Origin: Candidatus Hodarchaeota archaeon
GTDB lineage: Archaea > Asgardarchaeota > Lokiarchaeia > Sigyniarchaeales > SOKP01
Direction of reading: 5' to 3'
Assembly: GCA_048886685.1 (NCBI GenBank)
Contig: JBHLKM010000002.1
Coordinates: forward strand, 348,367 to 412,366
DNA: 64,000 nucleotides
Each line of letters begins with the position of its first letter. Positions within the stretch are counted from its first letter, which is position 1. Shown in pieces: positions 29,177-38,275 of this stretch. The notes under the pieces were generated by a model. It made no database searches and was not told where the DNA came from. It saw only the letters and a program-made list of their open reading frames with translations. The position numbers and the translations under genes are program-made.

Positions 29177-29419
29177 AACCAGTACTAAAAAAAGTTAGTT
29201 TTCTATAATTATTGTACGTTACACTACTCAATTTCTTAAAAATTAATAGTATTCCTGCAAAAATTAAAGGCTAGCAAAATATTTTATATAGAGGTAAACA
29301 TCAAGACCCAAAACGTACAAGAATGTAAGCTCTATTATAAACATATTAATAAAGTAAAATCAAAACATTTTTTAATTAACGTATTAGTAATTCAATAAGA
29401 ACCCAATAAATAAATTAAT

Positions 29420-31702
29420 ATGAATCCAGTATCTAATTCGAGAAAAGTATTGTTTATATGTCTATTTTCAATGTTATTCCTATTTTTAACTCAAAATACT
29501 CAAACTGTGTCATCGTCAAATAATGATGTTCCTTTCCGTATTGATACTAAATTTGAAATGATTGAATATTCAACTATAAAAGGCATCTATTCCAATACAA
29601 ATACTATAAACCTTGAATTACCTTCACCTACATGGGAAATCGACGATATAGAGTTAAATTTTACAAACGTAGAATTTGGAATTGAAGTGAAAACAATTGA
29701 AGATAATATAAATGATAGCTTTGTTATACAAAAATTTGAAAATAATTATGGTTATGGTGTTCAAATCGTTATTGATGATCCAACTGTTATTTATGGGGCA
29801 TTAATATATGGAAACAATATATCAACTGAAAATAAACCTCTTTATGTTCAAATAAATGGATATAATAATATTAGCAACTCTCCTAATAATATAGTATATG
29901 GAACGCCCAGTTTATTAAACATGTCTTATTCTTTAGCTCCATCATGGCACATACAGACTTTTCTTGAGCCAATTTTCCTTTCTGAAGGAAATTATTATCT
30001 TTTAATAGATGGTTCTGCTATAGGTGAAAGTCCTAAATCAAAGTATTATTGGTATTATAATAATGCCAATCCAAATTATCCTGAGCTAAATATATCTGAA
30101 TATAATGGTGTGTCATGGACTGAAGGCGTACAAGGAACTCCTTTTCTTCATAAATTAATTCAAAAAGTGAATTATTCCTTTTTTCCTGAGGAAATTAAAA
30201 TGACTGCTGAATTCGATGGCAACTCATTTGAAATATCGAATGGAGAACATCCAGGAAAAGGCTATCTGAAGAAATCAAATATAAATTATCACCCAAAAAA
30301 AAAAAATGTTAAAATTGAAATAAAAAATAATAAGACAGAAAGCATAGATTTCAATCTAAATTATAATCTTAATATCATCAACGAATTCTTGGCATCTAGC
30401 TTCCTAGAAATTAGATACAATACGAGCAATAATTGGTCAATTTTTCCTACCATAGAAAGATTTTCAGATAACCATTCTGTTAGATTTGATTATCCACATA
30501 ACTGGTATGGTATAACAGTATTAAAAGATCAAAAAGATATAACTTCAGATGTTGTTATTGATTATCAAAATAATAGTATTTTCATTACAAATACTACAAT
30601 TGAGAATGGCGCTGAATGGGAAATACAAGCAAATTCTCCAAGTGTTGATTTTCAACTCAATACAATAAAAACTAAGTTCATAGGAGGACAAAAACTACAA
30701 TTTTCAATAGCAGCTCCAATTCTTGACGGGATTTATCATTTTATTTTATTAGATCTGTTGGGAAATGAGATGAACCATTCAATAGTTATCATTCCTATAG
30801 ATAATAATAAATTTTCATATGAAATCCCTCCCAATATACTTGAAGGAGATTATATAGCATATGTCTACTGGTATAATCAAACTGATGCTGGGGCTCAAAC
30901 ACAGGTGTTTTCTCTATCTCCATCATCCTCTCCTCAAGATTTTCCAATTTTCTTTATATTAGGAATTGTATTAATTGGGGGATCAGTGATAGGAGGAGCT
31001 AGTTATTTTACAATTGTTGCAATTAAAAAAGTGCAAACTAAACATATTGATAAATTAAGGCTTGTTGTAGAAAAATGTAATGATATAATGAATCTAGAAT
31101 ACATTATCGTTTTAGATAAGAAATCTGGAATTGATGTGTATTCTGAAGCCTTTGTAGAAAAAGAAATAGATCCTACCTTAATCTCAGGTTTCCTTCAGGC
31201 AATACAAAACTTTGGCAGTGAGGTACTTGGTGGGGCTAAAGATTCTCGCACTTTTAAAGTCGAATATCATAAATCAATAATTATAATGACCGAATTCGTT
31301 AACCTTAGATTAATTGTTATTTTGAAAGAAAGTCCGTCAAGGAATTTTATATATACAATTGAATCATTAGCTTATGATATTTATAAAGATTATGGGGCAT
31401 TATTTGAGAAATTTGATGGAGCTCTTAAAGAATTTCAAGGAATAAAAAAGTTGCTTGATCAACATTTAAATATTTCATTTCTTTATCCGTTATCGATTGA
31501 TTATTCAATGAAAATGAAAATAAGTCAAGCAGAAAAAGAAATGATTCAGAAAGCTCAAAAAATTATGCATGAGAATAATTTGAATTTCTTTTATGCTCAT
31601 CAACTCCTTCCTAAAAAAGCTTGTTCTCCAAAAGATTATGAGACAATCCTCCAACTAATACAGAAGCAAATTTTTCGCCCAATTGACGATGCTTCTAATT
31701 AA
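29420..31702 (+). CDS. Single-pass receptor-like protein: extracellular beta-rich region, TM, cytoplasmic longin-like plus winged-helix-like tail
   Basis: Signal peptide; N-x-S/T-rich ectodomain; TM 'FPIFFILGIVLIGGSVIGG'; 'IIVLDKKSGID', 'IDPTLISGFLQAIQNFG', 'FLYPL'. Confidence 0.75.
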   Translation: MNPVSNSRKVLFICLFSMLFLFLTQNTQTVSSSNNDVPFRIDTKFEMIEYSTIKGIYSNTNTINLELPSPTWEIDDIELNFTNVEFGIEVKTIEDNINDSFVIQKFENNYGYGVQIVIDDPTVIYGALIYGNNISTENKPLYVQINGYNNISNSPNNIVYGTPSLLNMSYSLAPSWHIQTFLEPIFLSEGNYYLLIDGSAIGESPKSKYYWYYNNANPNYPELNISEYNGVSWTEGVQGTPFLHKLIQKVNYSFFPEEIKMTAEFDGNSFEISNGEHPGKGYLKKSNINYHPKKKNVKIEIKNNKTESIDFNLNYNLNIINEFLASSFLEIRYNTSNNWSIFPTIERFSDNHSVRFDYPHNWYGITVLKDQKDITSDVVIDYQNNSIFITNTTIENGAEWEIQANSPSVDFQLNTIKTKFIGGQKLQFSIAAPILDGIYHFILLDLLGNEMNHSIVIIPIDNNKFSYEIPPNILEGDYIAYVYWYNQTDAGAQTQVFSLSPSSSPQDFPIFFILGIVLIGGSVIGGASYFTIVAIKKVQTKHIDKLRLVVEKCNDIMNLEYIIVLDKKSGIDVYSEAFVEKEIDPTLISGFLQAIQNFGSEVLGGAKDSRTFKVEYHKSIIIMTEFVNLRLIVILKESPSRNFIYTIESLAYDIYKDYGALFEKFDGALKEFQGIKKLLDQHLNISFLYPLSIDYSMKMKISQAEKEMIQKAQKIMHENNLNFFYAHQLLPKKACSPKDYETILQLIQKQIFRPIDDASN

Positions 31703-31899
31703 ATCTATCGTCTTATTTTTTTGATTTAAATTGTTTAACTGTTTACGTTCCTACTATGCATATTCCATTTCGGTGTAAATCTATTTATTATAATTATAAA
31801 ATCCTAATAATTTGAAATTTAAATGAAGATATATTTTTATAATAGAATATAAATCGAAATATATAAGATAATAATTGACTTCTATTAAGTGAAAAAATT

Positions 31900-32871
31900 A
31901 TGATTAAGACGAAAGTAACTGAAATGTTAGGATGCAAATATCCTATAATTGCAGGGACCATGGCAAATATCTCTAATCCTGAATTTGTAGCAGCAGTAAG
32001 CAATGCTGGAGCTTGTGCTGTATTAGCAAGTGCAAATTACCAATCCCCAGAAGAACTTCGAGAAGCGATCAGAAAAACACAATCTTTAACTGATCAGCCA
32101 TTTGCTGTAAATATAAACCTATTTCCTGCTATGATGCCACAAGAGAAATTGGAATTATATGTAGAAGCTACTCTTGATGAAGGTGTAAAAATAATCGAAA
32201 CAAGTGGTCATAAGGCTCCAGCAGATCTGGTTCCAAAATTCAAAGAAGGGGGTGCTATTTGGATACACAAGTGTGCTGGTGTCAGATATGCTAAAACAGG
32301 CGCAAGATTAGGTGCTGATATGATTACAGTTGTGGGATATGAAAACGGTGGTGCAACTGGAACTTTGGATATTGGTACTCTTGTAATGACTCCGTCGGTT
32401 GTGGATGCAATAGATGTACCAGTAATAGCAGGAGGTGGGGTGACAGATGGACGGGGACTTGCTGCGGTTCTTGCACTTGGTGCTGAAGGAGCTATCATGG
32501 GGACAAGAATGATGGCCACAAAAGAATGTCCACTCCATGATAATTTAAAACAAGCTTTTGTTCAAGCAGCTGAAACTGATACTCACTTAGTTATGCGCTC
32601 AATACGCAATACTCATAGAGTCTGGAGGAATAAAGCAGCAGAAAAAATAATTGAATTAGAATCTAAAAAGGCATCCCTTCAAGAAATTATACAAGTAGCA
32701 TCTGGTCAGAATGCTTTAAAAATGTATAGAGAAGGAGATATAGATGCAGGTATGGTAAGTTGTGGTCAAGGTGTAGGATTAGTTAAGGATATCCCAACTG
32801 TAAAAGAATTACTTGATAGGATAATGCAAGAAGCAGAAGAAGTTATCCAAAGACTAAAAAAAATTTTCTAA
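31900..32871 (+). CDS. Nitronate monooxygenase/FabK-family flavin oxidoreductase
   Basis: 'YPIIAG.M', 'VSNAG', 'PFAVN', 'PVIAGGGV.DGRG', 'GTR..ATKE', 'GQ.VGL'. Confidence 0.88.
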   Translation: MIKTKVTEMLGCKYPIIAGTMANISNPEFVAAVSNAGACAVLASANYQSPEELREAIRKTQSLTDQPFAVNINLFPAMMPQEKLELYVEATLDEGVKIIETSGHKAPADLVPKFKEGGAIWIHKCAGVRYAKTGARLGADMITVVGYENGGATGTLDIGTLVMTPSVVDAIDVPVIAGGGVTDGRGLAAVLALGAEGAIMGTRMMATKECPLHDNLKQAFVQAAETDTHLVMRSIRNTHRVWRNKAAEKIIELESKKASLQEIIQVASGQNALKMYREGDIDAGMVSCGQGVGLVKDIPTVKELLDRIMQEAEEVIQRLKKIF

Positions 32872-32958
32872 TACGTTCTTTTTTTTTAATTATTTTTAAA
32901 TTTTACATTTAATGAATTTCAAGGTTATTAAGAATACATCTAAATTTGGAACGAAAAT

Positions 32959-33384
32959 ATGAATGAGAAATTAAAGGATTTTCACGTTGTAGTCGAGATG
33001 CCTGTACGATGGGGTGATATGGATGCAAGGGGTCATGTAAATAATACAATATATTACCGTTATTTTGAAAGTACAAGGATAGCTTTATTTCAATCATTGA
33101 ATGTTTATGAAGAACCTACAACAGTACGTATAGGCCCAATCCTAGCTTATCAAGATTGTTATTATAAAGCGCCATTGACGTATCCTGATACACTCTATAT
33201 AGGGGCAAGAATAGTAAAATTAGAAGAATCAAAAATGATAATTAAACATACCATAATGAGTGAAAAATTAGGTAGGAAGGCCGCTGAGGGGGAAGCTCAT
33301 ATAGTTTGGTATGATTATGAAAATCAAAATAAAGCAATTATCCCAGAAGATTTAAAAGATAAAATATCAAAATTAAGGATTTGA
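32959..33384 (+). CDS. Acyl-CoA thioesterase (4HBT/YbgC hotdog family)
   Basis: 'VRWGDMDARGHVNN..Y..YFE..R'. Confidence 0.9.
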   Translation: MNEKLKDFHVVVEMPVRWGDMDARGHVNNTIYYRYFESTRIALFQSLNVYEEPTTVRIGPILAYQDCYYKAPLTYPDTLYIGARIVKLEESKMIIKHTIMSEKLGRKAAEGEAHIVWYDYENQNKAIIPEDLKDKISKLRI

Positions 33385-33445
33385 AAATATATTAAAAAAA
33401 GAGAAATAATAAAGAAAAAAAAAAGACTTAAAACTCTTCACTTTA

Positions 33446-34489
33446 CTATTTTAGCATAGAGTTGTTTCTTTTAATTGCAGCTTCTGCTTCCTTGACTACT
33501 CTTGAAATAATATCGTCAACATCGTCAATACTATCAATAATACCTATTGATTGCCCAAGTAATACGGCACCAGTTTCAGTATCTCCTTTATAAACCCTAT
33601 CATAGGCACCAGCATCCTTTGCCATTTGCTCAAGAGTTAAAGACTTTTCATATGCAATCATTTCTTCTTTAGATTGAGGTGCAGGATGTTCTAAGGCATA
33701 TTGATTTTTATATAAACGAATTGGACCAAATGAACCCGTGAAAAGTCCTGTATCTTGTGGTTTGCCCGGTGGTATTAATGCTTTATACTTCTCATGAAAC
33801 TCACTTTGCTTGGAAGCGATAAAACGTGAACCCATAGCTATAGCTCCTGCGCCTAGCGATAAAGCTGCAGCTAACCCTTCTCCACTAGCAAAACCTCCAC
33901 ACGCAATTTTAGGTAAATCTGGAAAGAGCTTATTAATCTGTTGCAGTAATACAAGGGTACTTACTCTCTCGTAGGACTGATGACCTCCTCCTTCAGTACC
34001 AGTACACACTATTCCGTCTACCTTGGAATCTACGCATTTTTGGGCTAACCATACGGCTGGTGCGACATGAAAGTGTTTTACCCCCGATTTTTCCCGTAAT
34101 TCTTGAAAATTTTTTGATTCAGGTAAAATCCTTGAAGAACCAGCGGATGTTAACCAATAAATACATTGTTCTCTCATTTTAGGATTGTTCATAACCATTT
34201 TAGGTACATCTGTACACATTTCTTTAACGCCGCGATTATTTCTTGAGGTAAGAAAATTAAGACCAAATGGCTTATCTGTATGTTCAACCATATATTCCAA
34301 GCTAGCTTTATGCTCTTTTACTGGATCTGTTCCTACTATATTAACATTTGACAATACTCCCAGACCACCAGCTTCACTAACCGCTAAAGCCAAATCCCGG
34401 GTGTAGAAGGGTCCCATTGGAGCACTGAAAATTGGATGTTTTATCCCAAACATTTTTGTTATGTTAGTTTCGATCATTTTAAAAATCAC
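33446..34489 (-). CDS. Nitronate monooxygenase/FabK-family flavin oxidoreductase
   Basis: 'HPIFSAPM', 'VSEAGGLG', 'GTEGGGH', 'GSRFIAS.', 'GQSIG'. Confidence 0.88.
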   Translation of the reverse strand: MIFKMIETNITKMFGIKHPIFSAPMGPFYTRDLALAVSEAGGLGVLSNVNIVGTDPVKEHKASLEYMVEHTDKPFGLNFLTSRNNRGVKEMCTDVPKMVMNNPKMREQCIYWLTSAGSSRILPESKNFQELREKSGVKHFHVAPAVWLAQKCVDSKVDGIVCTGTEGGGHQSYERVSTLVLLQQINKLFPDLPKIACGGFASGEGLAAALSLGAGAIAMGSRFIASKQSEFHEKYKALIPPGKPQDTGLFTGSFGPIRLYKNQYALEHPAPQSKEEMIAYEKSLTLEQMAKDAGAYDRVYKGDTETGAVLLGQSIGIIDSIDDVDDIISRVVKEAEAAIKRNNSMLK

Positions 34490-34642
34490 CTTTACATGGA
34501 AAAATATTTAGAATTTTTAAAAGTTTATTATAATAGAAACGAAATCTATTGAAAAGAAAACAAATTTTTTATCAAAATTTATTCAAGGATGCCTCTCTAT
34601 TTATAATAGACTAAAAAATATTCTAGCTTACTTCAAAAAGAA

Positions 34643-35503
34643 TTGAAATTTATGGAATCTTATACAATTAAAGAACCAGCAAGAGAGGAAATTATTAAAA
34701 CTATTAAAGTAATGCTTTTATCATTTGGTAGACCACTTCTTAATAAATATGAGGAAGAAAGAAGGGTATGGACTAATTTAATTGATAATGAAATCGCAAA
34801 ATTCCTTATTGCTGTAAAAGATGGAAATATAATTGGTTTAGGGGGCATTTTTTTATTTCAGAAAGTTGCAAGTATTGGCTATATGGGAGTATTACCGGAG
34901 CATAGAGATCAAGGTGTCGGAACAAAAATCTTTAAGAAATTGATGGAAATCGCTATGAATTCGGGATACAAAACAATAAATCTTTACGCGTCGAAATTAG
35001 GTGAACCAATTTATAGAAAATATGGCTTTCAAGGGAGCTTTTCAGCTAATTTATACCTTTTGCCAAAAAAGGCACCCAAATTACAAATTAAGCATAAAAC
35101 TATAAAGTATGTCTCGATATTTCCAGATTGGGCTTTAAAACTTGATTATAAAGCAATAGGATTTGATAGATCTAATTATTTAAAGCTCAGAACTGCTCTT
35201 GGTTCGAAACTTTTAATCGTTGAAAATGAAGGTTATGGATTGATATCTAATGTATTATCTACTATAAGGTTGGGACCTCTTATATCAACCAATGTAGAAA
35301 CAGCAGCACACCTCGTTAGAGAGAGTTTACTCTTAGGTGCTGAAAGTATGATCATACTTCATCATCCTTTATTTCATAATGACCTTATATCACTCATGAA
35401 TCTAACTAAACATGGCGAACCGAATCTGAAAATGACTTATGGAGAAAGTCTTTCAAGGAAATTAGAATATCTCTATGCAATTGGCTCTTATTCAAAAGGA
35501 TGA
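34643..35503 (+). CDS. GNAT N-acetyltransferase with C-terminal second GNAT-like domain
   Basis: 'GVLPEHRDQGVG', 'LYAS..G.PIYRKYGF', 'GFDRS', 'LGPL'. Confidence 0.85.
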   Translation: MKFMESYTIKEPAREEIIKTIKVMLLSFGRPLLNKYEEERRVWTNLIDNEIAKFLIAVKDGNIIGLGGIFLFQKVASIGYMGVLPEHRDQGVGTKIFKKLMEIAMNSGYKTINLYASKLGEPIYRKYGFQGSFSANLYLLPKKAPKLQIKHKTIKYVSIFPDWALKLDYKAIGFDRSNYLKLRTALGSKLLIVENEGYGLISNVLSTIRLGPLISTNVETAAHLVRESLLLGAESMIILHHPLFHNDLISLMNLTKHGEPNLKMTYGESLSRKLEYLYAIGSYSKG

Positions 35504-35622
35504 AAATATCTCAAAAATTTATATTGAATAGATTGTTCAAGATTATAAAAAGAAATTTTGCTTTTTTTGTTGTGAGTTATATAGGAAATTAGTAAGTTTA
35601 ATTAAAATTTAGTTATGAACTG

Positions 35623-36606
35623 ATGATCTGGCTAGGTGCATTATTCAGCTTTTTAGCAGTTTTAGCATGGGTAATAAGTACATTAGTTGTAAGCAAAGGA
35701 ATAAAAGAATTAAAGGAAGGGTATAAAGATATTTTTAGTAAGTTTAAAGATTATTCAATTAAAATAGAAATTATCTTTACTTATCTAGGAATTACTTTAA
35801 TGACTGGCACTATACTTCTATCTATTACATTTATTCCATTGTTTATTCAATACAATTATGTATTCTCTGGATATTTGATTTTAGCTGGAATTTTTTCATT
35901 CAGTGCAGGTACTGGATTATATTATTTTTGCACTTTAGTTTATGAAAAAGCAGAGATTGCTTCACAATTCTCTAGAGTTGGACCTTTCTTTAGCATAATT
36001 TTTGGAGTTTATATTTTTGGTGAGTTATTTAGTGTATTTGATTTGGTATCCCTAATTTTATTAGGTATTGGGATAGCTCTATTTTTTATATTCACCTGGA
36101 CAGGAAAATTTGGGTTAATTGGTTTTTTCTTGGGAATTTTAACATCGTTGAGCTGGACTTCAGGCGGTATATTCATGAATCTTGCTTATTTAACAACCCC
36201 TTCAATTCAATTTAAACCCTTAGCTTATACACTAATCAGCCTTTTTTTCGGTTATATCTCATTGCTAATATTTAATTTGATAATTATGCTAATAAATAGA
36301 AAAAAGAAGAACAACGAGCGAATAGAGTTTCACCTTTTTAAAATTGAAAAATCTGTTGCTAAATATTTTGTTCTCCATGGGATTTTAAGCACGTCAATTG
36401 GATTTACTCTGAATTTTTTTGGTATTTTTTATTTGGGTGTATCTGGGGCAGCCTTCATTATGAGTCTTTGGCCAATTCTTTCTTTACTAGTTGGATATTT
36501 ATTATTTTCATCTTCTCCCGATTATTTAAGATATAAAAAACATTTAAAATGGTTATTCTTAATTGCTGTAATTTTATTAGGCGCTTCAATTATTTCAATT
36601 TTTTAA
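35623..36606 (+). CDS. EamA/DMT-family transporter
   Basis: About 10 TM segments in two repeats; 'P.FSIIFG..IFGE'. Confidence 0.75.
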   Translation: MIWLGALFSFLAVLAWVISTLVVSKGIKELKEGYKDIFSKFKDYSIKIEIIFTYLGITLMTGTILLSITFIPLFIQYNYVFSGYLILAGIFSFSAGTGLYYFCTLVYEKAEIASQFSRVGPFFSIIFGVYIFGELFSVFDLVSLILLGIGIALFFIFTWTGKFGLIGFFLGILTSLSWTSGGIFMNLAYLTTPSIQFKPLAYTLISLFFGYISLLIFNLIIMLINRKKKNNERIEFHLFKIEKSVAKYFVLHGILSTSIGFTLNFFGIFYLGVSGAAFIMSLWPILSLLVGYLLFSSSPDYLRYKKHLKWLFLIAVILLGASIISIF

Positions 36607-36668
36607 TGATATTGAAAAAAAAAAAGAGAGTAAGAATTAAGTTTTAATGAAATAAAATATATAACTTT

Positions 36669-37769
36669 CTAATTTTTACTCGTAACAATAATTTCGAACA
36701 TATCTTCTCCAGTTTTTGGGGGAACTACTTCTTTATCCTTTTTTCGAAGTCCAATTGCTTCACTTGGGCAAGATGGTATACAATTACCACATCCGAGACA
36801 TCTTGTTAAATCTACTGTAGAAATTTCTTTTTCCTCATCAAGAATCATCGCATTAGTTTGACATTGTTCTACACAAGTTCCACATCCCTCACATAATTCA
36901 GTATCTATTACTGCATAATAATTACTAGCCCAAAAACTCACAGGATTCGGAACTGCTTGATGCAATCTCAATATTCCACAACAACACTTACAACATGAAC
37001 AGATAAAATCTGGATCCTGTGCGTTTGAGGGTTGCAATACAAGTCCTTCTTCTTCATTTTTACGCAGAATCTCAAGTGCTTCCTCCTTTGTAATCGCTCG
37101 ACCAGATAATCGGCTAAGATTTCCACCTTCTACAAGATTTTTTGCACCATCACGTAAAGCCATACATGTTTCCGTTCTATCTGTCTTCTTACATGGTTCT
37201 CCCCGATTTTTAGCTCCCATTCTACAAACACAAGGAATTATTACAATTGGGTCAGTTGTAGTTTTAATGATATTTTCAATTTCATCATAGGTACCAATAT
37301 GATGTTCTGGAACAATACTTTGTTCAATAGGAATAGTACGCATCTGAGGGACTTTTGATTTTATAAAAGACATCCAAAATAATCCATCGTTAGAGTATTC
37401 TTCCATAGCTTCGAGGAGCTCCCGAGAAGGATTAAAAGCTGCAGCTTCACCCATTCCGACAATATAAGGAATATTGCGATATTGTTTTACACCATTTTTA
37501 TTTCTATAACCAATAATCCCTCGACTTGCCGTAGCATCAAGAATCCTTTCTACATCTTCGATAGAATAACCAAGGTCTTTCGCACGATCATGGATCTCTG
37601 AGAGAGATTCATACTTATAAGTTAATATCATCGCCATTTTAGCTTGTTCGGGTGGAAAGAGTTGTTTGAGTAAACGGATGTCAGAACCTGATTTTGTGGC
37701 AGGGAAGCCTACTGTCTGTTTATCAAGATGAATTTGTAGATTCCGGTAAATATCTTCACTTTCACTCAT
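36669..37769 (-). CDS. 4Fe-4S dicluster-domain oxidoreductase
   Basis: 'PCVCR', 'ICSCCKCCC', 'CEGCGTCVEQC', 'CLGCGNCIPSCP'. Confidence 0.85.
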   Translation of the reverse strand: MSESEDIYRNLQIHLDKQTVGFPATKSGSDIRLLKQLFPPEQAKMAMILTYKYESLSEIHDRAKDLGYSIEDVERILDATASRGIIGYRNKNGVKQYRNIPYIVGMGEAAAFNPSRELLEAMEEYSNDGLFWMSFIKSKVPQMRTIPIEQSIVPEHHIGTYDEIENIIKTTTDPIVIIPCVCRMGAKNRGEPCKKTDRTETCMALRDGAKNLVEGGNLSRLSGRAITKEEALEILRKNEEEGLVLQPSNAQDPDFICSCCKCCCGILRLHQAVPNPVSFWASNYYAVIDTELCEGCGTCVEQCQTNAMILDEEKEISTVDLTRCLGCGNCIPSCPSEAIGLRKKDKEVVPPKTGEDMFEIIVTSKN

Positions 37770-38038
37770 TTTAAATATCTCTAAATTATTATAAATTCCT
37801 CTAATGATTATTTAAATACTATAGAGCAATCGTTTTTCAAGGATTAAAGATATAATTAATTTCTTAGATTATAAATTTGATCATTCCTATAGTTCCTTTA
37901 CAGAATTGTCCAATTTCAACTCTTGACATATTAATATGACATATGAATTATATTCCAACTCCAAATTTTTTCTTTATATTGATTTATAAACAGATTAACT
38001 TATAGATCTTTTAGGAATCAAATTAGTTAATATAGCAA

Positions 38039-38235
38039 ATGGATTATTCAGCAACTTTTTTTGAGATGCTTAAGGTTCTTCAGCGAACTTACAGAAAATT
38101 CCCTAAATTTATGATTGAAATTATGGCATTCCTATTAAAGAAGTTAAGCCATTGCTAAACAAATTCAGGAAAGAAGGGATTTTGCTTATAATGAAAGATG
38201 AAGGGTATACTTTTACTCTGAATAAGAATATATAG
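38039..38235 (+). pseudogene. Frameshifted small winged-helix-like gene
   Basis: MDYSATFFEMLKVLQRTYRKFPKFMIE, then after a -1 shift NYGIPIKEVKPLLNKFRKEGILLIMKDEGYTFTLNKNI*, a helix-turn-helix/wing-like pattern. Confidence 0.45.
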
Positions 38236-38275
38236 ATTTTTTAATCTTAGAGAATATTTGAAAAAAAAAATTTTG

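Noticed and set aside
35501-35620. Read-through at other TGA-ending genes (ends at 1310, 4121, 22695, 33384, 35503)
   Set aside because: The proteins look complete at the TGA and I saw no AUGA/stem/GA hairpin downstream.
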